DNA of 64,000 bases, taken from NCBI RefSeq assembly GCF_009914755.1, contig NC_060926.1; one strand, 5' to 3'. This stretch comes from the human T2T-CHM13v2.0 reference genome, Homo sapiens. Both the position numbers and the translations under genes were made by a program. Shown one piece after another: positions 12,601 through 25,600 of the stretch. Within the stretch, counting starts at the first letter, position 1, and each line of letters begins with the position of its first letter. The notes under the pieces were generated by a model, which was given only the letters and a program-made list of their open reading frames with translations, was not told the DNA's origin and made no database searches.

Positions 12601-15600
12601 AGAAGCATTCTCAGAAGCTTCACTGCGATGTTTCAATTGAAGTCACAGTGTTGAACAGTCCCTTTCATAGAGCAGGTTTGAAACACTCTTTTTGTAGTAT
12701 CTGGAAGTGGACATTTGGAGCGCTCTCAGGACTACGGTGAAAAAGGAAATATCTTCCAATAAAAGCTAGATAGAAGCAATCTCAGAAACTTTTTCATGAT
12801 GTATCTACTCAGCTAACAGAGTTGAACCTTTCTTTTGGGAGAGCAGTTTTGAAACACTCTTTTTGTGGAATCTGCAAGTGGATATTTGTCTAGCTTTGAG
12901 GATTTCGTTGGAAACGGCATTACATATAAAAAGCAGACAGCAGCATTCCCAGAAACTTCTTTGTGATGTTTGCATTCAAGTCACAGAGTTGAACATTCCC
13001 TTTCATAGAGCAGGTTTGAAACACTCTTTTTGTAGTATCTGGATGTGGACATTTGGAGCGCTTTCAGGCCTATGGTGAAAAAGGAAATATCTTCCCCTGA
13101 AAACTAGACAGAAGCATTCTCAGAATCTTATTTGTGATGTGCGCCCTCAACTAACAGTGTTGAAGCTTTCTTTTGATAGAGCAGTTTTGAAACACTCTTT
13201 TTGTAAAATCTGCAAGAGGATATTTGGATAGCTTTGAGGATTTCGTTGGAAACGGGATTGTCTTCATATAAACTCTAGACAGTAGCATTCTCAGAAGCTT
13301 CATTGGGATGTTTCAATTGAAGTCACAGTGTTGAACAGTCCCTTTCATAGAGCAGGTTTGAAACACTCTTTTTGTAGTATCTGGAAGTGGACATTTGGAG
13401 CGCTCTCAGGACTACGGTGAAAAAGGAAATATCTTCCAATAAAAGCTAGATAGAAGCAATGTCAGAAAATTTTTCATGATGTATCTACTCAGCTAACAGA
13501 GTTGAACCTTTCTTTTGAGACAGCAGTTTTGAAACACTCTTTTGGTGGAATCTGCAAGTGGATATTTGTTTAGCTTTGAGGATTTCGTTGGAAACGGGAT
13601 TACATATAAAAAGCAGACAGCAGCATTCCCAGAAACTTCTTTGTGATGTTTGCATTCAAGTCACAGAGTTGAACATTCCCTTTCATAGAGCAGGTTTGAA
13701 ACACTCTTTTTGTAGTATCTGGATGTGGACATTTGGAGCGCTTTCAGGCCTATGGTGAAAAAGGAAATATCTTCCCCTGAAAACTAGACAGAAGCATTCT
13801 CAGAATCTTATTTGTGATGTGCGCCCTCAACTAACAGTGTAGAACTTTTCTTTTGATAGAGCTGTTTTGAAACACACTTTTTGTAAAATCTGCAAGAGGA
13901 TATTTGGATAGCTTTGAGGATTTCGTTGGAAACGGGATTGTCTTCATATAAACTCTAGACAGTAGCATTCTCAGAAGCTTCATTGGGATGTTTCAATTGA
14001 AGTCACAGTGTTGAACAGTCCCTTTCATAGAGCAGGTTTGAAACACTCTTTTTGTAGTATCTGGAAGTGGACATTTGGAGTGCTCTCAGGACTACGGTGA
14101 AAAAGGAAATATCTTCCAATAAAAGCTAGATAGAAGCAATGTCAGAAAATTGTTCATGATGTATCTACTCAGCTAACAGAGTTGAACCTTTCTTTTGAGA
14201 CAGCAGTTTTGAAACACTCTTTTGGTGGAATCTGCAAGTGGATATTTGTCTAGCTTTGAGGATTTCGTTGGAAACGGGATTACATATAAAAAGCAGACAG
14301 CAGCATTCCCAGAAACTTCTTTGTGATGTTTGCATTCAAGTCACAGAGTTGAACATTCCCTTTCATAGAGCAGGTTTGAAACACTCTTTTTGTAGTATCT
14401 GGATGTGGACATTTGGAGCGCTTTCAGGCCTATGGTGAAAAAGGAAATATCTTCCCCTGAAAACTAGACAGAAGCATTCTCAGAATCTTATTTGTGATGT
14501 GCGCCCTCAACTAACAGTGTTGAACTTTTCTTTTGATAGAGCTGTTTTGAAACACTCTTTTTGTAAAATCTGCAAGAGGATATTTGGATAGCTTTGAGGG
14601 TTTCGTTGGAAAGGGGATTGTCTTCATATAGAATCTAGAAATAAGCATTCTGATAAGCTTCATTGGGATGTTTCAATTGAAGTCACAGTGTTGAACAGTC
14701 CCTTTCATAGAGCAGGTTTGAAACACTCTTTTTGTAGTATCTGGAAGTGGACATTTGGAGCGTTCTCAGGACTACGGTGAAAAAGGAAATATCTTCCAAA
14801 TAAAGCTAGATAGAAGCAATGTCAGAGAATTTTTCATGATGTATCTACTCAGCTAACAGAGTTCAACCTTTCTTTTGAGAGAGCCGTTTTGAAACACTCT
14901 TTTTGTGGAATCTGCAAGTGGATATTTGTCTAGATTTGAGGATTTCGTTGGAAACGGGATTACATATAAAAAGGAGACAGCAGCATTCCCAGAAACTTCT
15001 TTGTGATGTTTGCATTCAAGTCACAGAGTTAAACATTCCCTTTCATACAGCAGGTTTGAAACACTCTTTTTGTAGTATCTGGATGTGGACATTTGGAGCG
15101 CTTTCAGGCCTATGGTGAAAAAGGAAATATCTTCCCCTGAAAACTAGACAGAAGCATTCTCAGAATCTTATTTGTGATGTGCGCCCTCAACTAACAGTGT
15201 TGAAGCTTTCTTTTGATAGAGCAGTTTTGAAACACTCTTTTTGTAAAATCTGCAAGAGGATATTTGGATAGCTTTGAGGATTTCGTTGGAAACGGGATTG
15301 TCTTCATATAAAATCTAGACAGAAGCATTCTCAGAACCTTCATTGGGATGTTTCAATTGAAGTCACAGTGTTGAACAGTCCCTTTCATAGAGCAGGTTTG
15401 AAACACTCTTTTTGTAGTATCTGGAAGTGGACATTTGGAGCGCTCTCAGGACTACGGTGAAAAAGGAAATATCTTCCAATAAAAGCTAGATAGAAGAAAT
15501 GTCAGAAACTTTTTCATGATGTATCTACTCAGCTAACAGAGTTGAACCTTTCTTTTGAGAGAGCAGTTTTGAAACTCTCTTTTTGTGGAATCTGCAAGTG

Positions 15601-18600
15601 GATATTTGTCTAGCTTTGAGGATTTCGTTGGAAACGGGATTACAAATAAAAAGCAGACAGCAGCATTCCCAGAAACTTCGTTGTGATGTTTGCATTCAAG
15701 TCACAGAGTTGAAAATTCCCTTTCATAGAGCAGGTTTGAAACACTCTTTTTGTAGTATCTGGATGTGGACATTTGCAGCGCTTTCAAGCCTATGGTGAAA
15801 AAGGAAATATCTTCCCCTGAAAACTAGACAGAAGCATTCTCAGAAACTTATTTGTGATGTGCGCCCTCAACTAACAGTGTTGAACTTTTCTTTTGATAGA
15901 GCAGTTTTGAAACACTCTTTTTGTAAAATCTGCAAGAGGATATTTGGATAGATTTGAGGATTTCGTTGGAAACGGGATTGTCTTCATATAAAATCTAGAC
16001 AGAAGCATTCTCAGAAGCTTCATTGGGATGTTTCAATTGAAGTCACAGTGTTGAACAGTCCCTTTCATAGAGCATGTTTGAAACACTCTTTTTGTAGTAT
16101 CTGGAAGTTGACATTTGGAGCGTTTTCAGGACTACAGTGAAAAAGGAAATATCTTCTAAATAAAGATAGATAGAAGCAATGTCAGAAAATTTTTCATGAT
16201 GTATCTACTCAGCTAACAGAATTCAAACTTTCTTTTGAGAGAGCAGTTTTGAAACACTCTTTTTGTGGATTCTGCAAGTGGATATTTGTCTAGCTTTGAG
16301 GATTTCGTTGGAAACGGGATTACATATAAAAAGCAGACAGCAGCATTCCCAGAAACTTCTTTGTGATGTTTGCATTCAAGTCACAGAGTTGAACATTCCC
16401 TTTCGTAGAGCAGGTTTGAAACACTCTTTTTGTAGTATCTGGATGTGGACATTTGGAGCGCTTTCAGGCCTATGGTGAAAAAGGAAATATCTTCCCCTGA
16501 AAACTTGACAGAAGCATTCTCAGAAACTTATTTGTGATGTGCACCCTCAACTAACAGTGTTGAAGCTTTCTTTTGATAGAGCAGTTTGAAACACTCTTTT
16601 TGTAAAATCTGCAAGAGGATATTTGGATAGCTTTGAGGATTTCGGTGGAAATGGTATTGTCTTCATATAAACTCTAGACAGTAGCATTCTCAGAAGCTTC
16701 ATTGGGATGTTTCAATTGAAGTCACAGTGTTGAACAGTCCCTTTCATAGAGCAGGTTTGAAACACTCTTTTTGTAGTATCTGGAAGTGGACATTTGGAGC
16801 GCTCTCAGGACTACGGTGAAAAAGGAAATATCTTCCAATAAAAGCTAGATAGAAGCAATGTGAGAAACTTTTTCATGATGTATCTACTCAGCTAACAGAG
16901 TTGAAACTTTCTTTTGAGAGAGCAGTTTTGAAACACTCTTTTTGTGGAATCTGCAAGTGGATATTTGTCTAGCTTTGAGGATTTCGTTGGAAACAGGATT
17001 ACCTATAAAAAGCAGACAGCAGCATTCCCAGAAACTTCTTTGTGATGTTTGCATTCAAGTCACAGAGTTGAACAATCCCTTTCATAGAGCAGGTTTGAAA
17101 CACTCTTTTTGTAGTATCTGGATGTGGACATTTGGAGCGCTCTCAGGCCTATGGTGAAAAAGGAAATATCTTCCCCTGAAAACTAGACAGAAGCATTCTC
17201 AGAAACTTATTTGTGATGTGCGCCCTCAACTAACAGTGTTGAACTTTTCTTTTGATAGAGCAGTTTTGAAACACTCTTTTTGTAAAATCTGCAAGAGGAT
17301 ATTTGGATAGCTTTGAGGATTTCGTTGGAAACGGGATTGTCTTCATATAAAATCTAGACAGAAGCATTCTCAGAAGCTTCATTGGGATGTTTCAATTGAA
17401 GTCACAGTGTTGAACAGTCCCTTTCATAGAGCATGTTTGAAACAATCTTTTTGTAGTATCTGGAAGTGGACATTTGGAGCGCTCTCAGGACTACGGTGAA
17501 AAAGGAAATATCTTCCAAATAAAGCTAGATAGAAGCAATGTCACAAAATTTTTCATGATGTATCTATTCAGCTAACAGAGTTGAACCTTTCTTTTGACAG
17601 AGCAGTTTTGAAACACTCTTTTTGTGGAATCTGCAAGTGGATATTTGTCTAGCTTTGAGGATTTCGTTGGAAACGGGATTACATATAAAAAGCAGAAAGC
17701 AGCATTCCCAGAAACTTCTTTGTGATATTTGCATTCAAGTCACAGACTTGAACATTCCCTTTCATAGAGCAGGTTTGAAACACTCTTTTTGTAGTATCTG
17801 GATGTGGACATTTGGAGCGCTTTCAGGCCTATGGTGAAAAAGGAAATATCTTCCCCTGAAAACTAGACAGAAGCATTCTCAGAAACTTATTTGTGATGTG
17901 CGCCCTCAACTAACAGTGTTGAAGCTTTCTTTTGATAGAGCAGTTTTGAAACACTCTTTTTGTAAAATCTGCAAGAGGATATTTGGATAGCTTTGAGGAT
18001 TTCGTTGGAAACGGGATTGTCTTCATATACAATCTTGACAGAAGCATTCTCAGAAGCTTCGTTGGGATGTTTCAATTGAAGTCACAGTGTTGAACAGTCC
18101 CTTTCGTAGAGCAGGTTTGAAACACTCTTTTTGTAATATCTGGAAGTGGACAATTGGAGCGTTCTCAGGACTATGGTGAAAAAGGAAATATCTTCCAATA
18201 AAAGCTAGATAGAAGCAATGTCAGAAACTTTTTCATGATGTATCTACTCAGCTAGCAGAGTTGAACCATTCTTTTGAGAGAGCCGTTTTGAAACACTCTT
18301 TTTGTTCGATCTGCAGGTGGATATTTGTCTAGCTTTGAGGATATCGTTGGAAACGGGATTACATATAAAAAGCAGACAGCAGCATTCCCAGAAACTTCTT
18401 TGTGATGTTTGCATTCAAGTCACAGAGTTGAACATTCCCTTTCATAGAGCAGGTTTGAAACACTCTTTTTGTAGTATCTGGATGTGGACATTTGGAGCGC
18501 TTTCAGGCCTATGGTGAAAAAGGAAATATCTTCCCCTGAAAACTAGACAGAAGCATTCTCAGAAACTTATTTGTGATGTGCGCCCTCAACTAACAGTGTT

Positions 18601-19504
18601 AAACCTTTCTTTTGATAGAGGAGTTTTGAAACACTCTTTTTGTAAAATCTGCAAGAGGATATTTGGATAGCTTTGAGGATTTCGTTGGAAACGGGATTGT
18701 CTTCATATTAACCCTAGACAGTAGCATTCTCAGAAGGTTCATTGGGATGTTTCAATTGAAGTCACAGTGTTGAACAGTCACTTTTATAGAGCAGGTTTGA
18801 AACACTCTTTTTGTAGCATCTGGAAGTGGACATTTGGAGCGCTCTCAGGACTACGGTGAAAAAGGAAATATCTTCCAATAAAAGCTAGATAGAAGCAATG
18901 TCAGAAACTTTTTCATGATGTATCTACTCAGCTAAAAGAGTTGAACCTTTCTTTTGTGAGAGCAGTTTTGAAACACTATTTTTGTGGAATCTGCAAGTGG
19001 ATATTTGTCTAGCTTTGAGGATTTCGTTGGAAACGGGATTACATATAGAAAGCAGACAGCAGCGTTCCCAGAAACTTCTTTGTGAAATTTGCATTCAAGT
19101 CACAGACTTGAGCATTCCCTTTCATAGAGCAGGTTTGAAACACTGTTTTTGTAGTATCTGGATGTGGACGTTTGGAGCGCTTTCAGGCCTATGGTGAAAA
19201 AGGAAATATCTTCCCCTGAAAACTATACAGAAGCATTCTCAGAAACTTATTTGTGATGTGCGCCCTCAACTAACAGTGTTGAACCTTTCTTTTGATAGAG
19301 GAGTTTTGAAACACTCTTTTTGTAAAATCTGCAAGAGGATATTTGGATAGCTTTGAGGATTTCGTTGGAAACGGGATTGTCTTCATATAGAATCTAGACA
19401 GAAGCATTCTCAGAAGCTTCATTCGGATGTTTCAATTGAAGTCACAGTGTTGAACAGTCCCTTTCATAGAGCATGTTTGAAACACTCTTTTTGTAGTATC
19501 TGGA

Positions 19505-19660
19505 TGAGGACATTTGAGCGCTTTCAGGCCTATGGTTTAAAAGGAAATATCTTCCCCTGAAAACTAGACAGAAGCATTCTCAGAAACTTATTTGTGATGT
19601 GCGCCCTCAACTAACAGTGTTGAAGCATTCTTTTGATAGAGCAGTTTTGAAAGACTCTTT
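19505..19660 (+). repeat. Hybrid 4-mer HOR variant: the second A-type monomer segment is replaced by sequence of the first A-type monomer
   Basis: GCTTTCAGGCCTATGGTTTAAAAGG...TTCCCCTGAAAACTAGAC...GTGCGCCCTCAAC stands where CTCAGGACTACGG...TTCCAATAAAAGCTAG...TATCTACTCAGC is expected, then rejoins TTGTGGAATCTG. The period is 679 bp. Confidence 0.9.
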
Positions 19661-22600
19661 TTGTGGAATCTGCAAGTGGATATTTGTCTAGCTTTGAGGA
19701 TTTCGTTGGAAACGGGATTACATATAAAAAGCAGACAGCAGCATTCCCAGAAACTTCTTTGTGAAATTTGCATTCAAGTCACAGACTTGAACATTCCCTT
19801 TCATAGAGCAGGTTTGAAACACTCTTTTTGTAGTATCTGGATGTGGACATTTGGAGCGCTTTCAGGCCTATGGTGAAAAAGGAAATATCTTCCCCTGTAA
19901 ACTAGACAGAAGCATTCTCAGAAACTTATTTGTGATGTGCGCCGTCAACTAACAGTGTTGAACCTTTCTTTTGATAGAGTAGTTTTGAAACACTCTTTTT
20001 GTAAAATCTGCAAGAGGATATTTGGATAGCTTTGAGTATTTCGTTGGAAACGGGATTGTCTTCATATAAACTCTAGACAGTAGCATTCTGAGAAGCTTCA
20101 TTGGGATGTTTCAATTGAAGTCACAGTGTTGAACAGTCCCTTTCATAGAGCAGGTTTGAAACACTCTTTTTGAAGCATCTGGAAGTGGACATTTGGAGCG
20201 CTCTCAGGACTACGGTGAAAAAGGAAATATCTTCCAATAAAAGCTAGATAGAAGCAATGTGAGAAACTTTTTCATGATGTATCTACTCAGCTAAAAGAGT
20301 TGAACATTTCTTTTGAGAGAGCAGTTTTGAAACACTCTTTTTGTGGAATCTGCAAGTGGATATTTGTCTAGCTTTGAGGATTTCTTTGGAAACGGGAATA
20401 CATATAAAAAGCAGACAGCAGCATTCCCAGAAACTTCTTTGTGATGTTTGCATTCAAGTCACAGAGTTGAACATTCCCTTTCATAGAGCAGGTTTGAAAA
20501 ACTCTTTTTGTAGTATCTGGATGTGGACATTTGGAGCGCTCTCAGGCCTATGGTTGAAAAGGAAATATCTTCCCCTGAAAACTAGACAGAAGCATTCTCA
20601 GAAACTTATTTGTGATGTGCGCCCTCAACTAACAGTGTTGAACTTTTCTTTTGATAGAGCAGTTTTGAAACACTCTTTTTGTAAAATCTGCAAGAGGATA
20701 TTTGGATAGCTTTGAGGATTTCTTTGGAAACGGGATTGTCTTCATATAAAATCTAGACAGAAGCATTCTCAGAAGCTTCATTGGGATGTTTCAATTGAAG
20801 TCACAGTGTTGAACAGTCCCTTTCGTAGAGCAGGTTTGAAACACTCTTTTTGTAATATCTGGAAGTGGACATTTGGAGCGTTCTCAGCACTATGGTGAAA
20901 AAGGAAATATCTTCCAATAAAAGCTAGATAGAAGCAATGTCAGAATCTTTTTCATGATGTATCTACTCAGCTAACAGAGTTGAACCTTTCTTTTGAGAGA
21001 GCCGTTTTGAAACACTCTTTTTGTGGAATCTGCAAGTGGATATTTGTCTAGCTTTGAGGATTTCGTTGGAAACGGGATTACATATAAAAAGCAGACAGCA
21101 GCATTCCCAGAAACTTCTTTGTGATGTTTGCATTCAAGTCACAGAGTTGAACATTCCCTTTCATAGAGCAGGTCTTAAACACTCTTTTTGTAGTATCTGG
21201 ATGTGGACATTTGGAGCGCTTTCAGGCCTATGGTGAAAAAGGAAATATCTTCCCCTGAAAACTAGACAGAAGCGTTCTCAGAAACTTATTTGTGATGTGC
21301 GCCCTCAACTAACAGTGTTAAACCTTTCTTTTGATAGAGTAGTTTTGAAACACTCTTTGTAAAATCTGCAAGAGGATATTTTGATAGCTTTGAGGATTTC
21401 TTTGGAAACGGGATTGTCTTCATATAAAATCTAGACAGAAGCATTCTCAGAAGCTTCATTGGGATGTTTCAATTGAAGTCACAGTGTTGAACAGTCCCTT
21501 TCATAGAGCATGTTTGAAACACTCTTTTTGTAGTATCTGGAAGTTGACATTTGGAGCGTTTTCAGGACTACGGTGAAAAAGGAAATATCTTCCAAATAAA
21601 GCTAGATAGAAGAAATGTCAGAAAATTTTTCATGATGTATCTACTCAGCTAACAGAATTTAACCTTTCTTTTGAGAGAGCAGTTTTGAAACACTCTTTTT
21701 GTGGAATCTGCAAGTGGATATTTGTCTAGCTTTGAGGATTTCGTTGGAAACGGGATTACATATAAAAAGCAGACAGCAGCATTCCCAGAAACTTCTTTGT
21801 GATGTTTGCATTCAAGTCACAGAGTTGAACATTCCCTTTCATAGAGCAGGTTTGAAACACTCTTTTTGTAGTATCTGGATGTGGACATTTGGAGCGCTTT
21901 CAGGCCTATGGTGAAAAAGGAAATATCTTTCCCTGAAAACTAGACAGAAGCATTCTCAGAAACTTATTTGTGATGTGCACCCTCAACTAACAGTGTTGAA
22001 GCTTTCTTTTGACAGAGCAGTTTGAAACACTCTTTTTGTAAAATCTGCAAGAGGATATTTGGATTGCTTTGAGGATTTCGGTGGAAATGGGATTGTCTTC
22101 ATATAAACTCTAGACAGTAGCATTCTCAGAAGCTTCATTGGGATGTTTCAATTGAAGTCACAGTGTTGAACAGTCCCTTTCATAGAGCAGGTTTGAAACA
22201 CTCTTTTTGTAGTATCTGGAAGTGGACATTTGGAGCGCTCTCAGGACTACGGTGAAAAAGGAAATATCTTCCAATAAAAGCTAGATAGAAGCAATGTCAG
22301 AAACTTTTTCATGATGTATCTACTCAGCTAACAGAGTTGAACCTTTCTTTTGAGAGAGCCGTTTTGAAACACTCTTTTTGTGGAATCTGCAAGTGGATAT
22401 TTGTCTAGCTTTGAGGATTTCGTTGGAAACGGGATTACATATAAAAAGCAGACAGCAGCATTCCCAGAAACTTCTTTGTGATGTTTGCATTCAAGTCACA
22501 GAGTTGAACATTCCCTTTCATAGAGCAGGTTTGAAACACTCTTTTTGTAGTATCTGGATGTGGACATTTGGAGCGCTTTCAGGCCTATGGTGAAAAAGGA

Positions 22601-25600
22601 AATATCTTCCCCTGAAAACTAGACAGAAGCATTCTCAGAAACTTATTTGTGATGTGCGCCCTCAACTAACAGTGTTAAACCTTTCTTTTGATAGAGTAGT
22701 TTTGAAACACTCTTTGTAAAATCTGCAAGAGGATATTTTGATAGCTTTGAGGATTTCTTTGGAAACGGGATTGTCTTCATATAAAATCTAGACAGAAGCA
22801 TTCTCAGAAGCTTCATTGGGATGTTTCAATTGAAGTCACAGTGTTGAACAGTCCCTTTCGTTGAGCAGGTTTGAAACACTCTTTTTGTAATATCTGGAAG
22901 TGGACATTTGGAGCGTTCTCAGGACTATGGTGAAAAAGGAAATATCTTCCAATAAAAGCTAGATAGAAGCAATGTCAGAAACTTTTTCATGATGTATCTA
23001 CTCAGCTAGCAGAGTTGAACCATTCTTTTGAGAGAGCCGTTTTGAAACACTCTTTTTGTTCGATCTGCAGGTGGATATTTGTCTAGCTTTGAGGATATCG
23101 TTGGAAACGGGATTACATATAAAAAGCAGACAGCAGCATTCCCAGAAACTTCTTTGTGATGTTTGCATTCAAGTCACAGTGTTGAACATTCCCTTTCATA
23201 GAGCAGGTTTGAAACACTCTTTTTGTAGTATCTGGATGTGGACATTTGGAGCGCTTTCAGGCCTATGGTGAAAAAGGAAATATCTTCCCCTGAAAACTAG
23301 ACAGAAGCATTCTCAGAAACTTATTTGTGATGTGCGCCCTCAACTAACAGTGTTAAACCTTTCTTTTGATAGAGGAGTTTTGAAACACTCTTTTTGTAAA
23401 ATCTGCAAGAGGATATTTGGATAGCTTTGAGGATTTCGTTGGAAACGGGATTGTCTTCATATTAACCCTAGACAGTAGCATTCTCAGAAGGTTCATTGGG
23501 ATGTTTCAATTGAAGTCACAGTGTTGAACAGTCACTTTTATAGAGCAGGTTTGAAACACTCTTTTTGTAGCATCTGGAAGTGGACATTTGGAGCGCTCTC
23601 AGGACTACGGTGAAAAAGGAAATATCTTCCAATAAAAGCTAGATAGAAGCAATGTCAGAAACTTTTTCATGATGTATCTACTCAGCTAAAAGAGTTGAAC
23701 CTTTCATTTGTGAGATCAGTTTTGAAACAGTATTTTTGTGGAATCTGCAAGTGGATATTTGTCTAGCTTTGAGGATTTCGTTGGAAACGGGATTACATAT
23801 AGAAAGCAGACAGCAGCGTTCCCAGAAACTTCTTTGTGAAATTTGCATTCAAGTCACAGACTTCAGCATTCCCTTTCATAGAGCAGGTTTGAAACACTCT
23901 TTTTGTAGTATCTGCATGTGGACGTTTGGAGCGCTTTCAGGCCTATGGTGAAAAAGGAAATATCTTCCCCTGAAAACTATACAGAAGCATTCTCAGAAAC
24001 TTATTTGTGATGTGCGCCCTCAACTAACAGTGTTGAACCTTTCTTTTGATAGAGCAGTTTTGAAACACTCTTTTTGTAAAATCTGCAAGAGGATATTTGG
24101 ATAGCTTTGAGGATTTCTTTGGAAACGGGATTGTCTTCATATACAATCTAGACAGAAGCATTCTCAGAAGCTTCATTGGGATGTTTCAATTGAAGTCACA
24201 GTGTTGAACAGTCCCTTTCGTAGAGCAGGTTTGAAACACTCTTTTTGTAATATGTTCAAGTGGAGATTTGGAGCGCTCTCAGGACTACGGTGAAAAAGGA
24301 AATATCTTCCAATAAAAGCTAGATAGAAGCAATGTCAGAAACTTTTTCATGATGTATCTACTCAGCTAAAAGAGTTGAACCTTTTTTTTGAGAGAGCAGT
24401 TTTGAAACACTCTTTTTGTTGGATCTGCAGGTGGATATTTGTCTAGCTTTGAGGATTTCGTTGGAAACGGGATTACATATAAAAAGCAGACAGCAGCATT
24501 CCCAGAAACTTCTTTGTGATGTTTGCATTCAAGTCACAGAGTTGAACATTCCCTTTCATAGAGCAGGTTTGAAACACTCTTTTTGTAGTATCTGGATGTG
24601 GACATTTGGAGCGCTTTCAGGCCTATGGTGAAAAAGGAAATATCTTCCCCTGAAAACTAGACAGAAGCATTCTCAGAAACTTATTTGTGATGTGCACCCT
24701 CAACTAACAGTGTTGAAGCTTTCTTTTGACAGAGCAGTTTGAAAAACTCTTTTTGTAAAATCTGCAAGAGGATATTTGGATTGCTTTGAGGATTTCGGTG
24801 GAAATGGGATTGTCTTCATATAAACTCTAGACTGTAGCATTCTCAGAAGCTTCATTGGGATGTTTCAATTGAAGTCACAGTGTTGAACAGTCCCTTTCAT
24901 AGAGCAGGTTTGAAACACTCTTTTTGTAGTATCTGGAAGTGGACATTTGGAGCGCTCTCAGGACTACGGTGAAAAAGGAAATATCTTCCAATAAAAGCTA
25001 GATAGAAGCAATGTCAGAAACTTTTTCATGATGTATCTACTCAGCTAACAGAGTTGAACCTTTCTTTTGAGAGAGCCGTTTTGAAACACTCTTTTTGTGG
25101 AATCTGCAAGTGGATATTTGTCTAGCTTTGAGGATTTCGTTGGAAACGGGATTACATATAAAAAGCAGACAGCAGCATTCCCAGAAACTTCTTTGTGATG
25201 TTTGCATTCAAGTCACAGAGTTGAACATTCCCTTTCATAGAGCAGGTTTGAAACACTCTTTTTGTAGTATCTGGATGTGGACATTTGGAGCGCTTTCAGG
25301 CCTATGGTGAAAAAGGAAATATCTTCCCCTGAAAACTAGACAGAAGCATTCTCAGAAACTTATTTGTGATGTGCCCCCTCAACTAACAGTGTTAAACCTT
25401 TCTTTTGATAGAGTAGTTTTGAAACACTCTTTGTAAAATCTGCAAGAGGATATTTTGATAGCTTTGAGGATTTCTTTGGAAACGGGATTGTCTTCATATA
25501 AAATCTAGACAGAAGCATTCTCAGAAGCTTCATTGGGATGTTTCAATTGAAGTCACAGTGTTGAACAGTCCCTTTCATAGATCATGTTTGAAACACTCTT

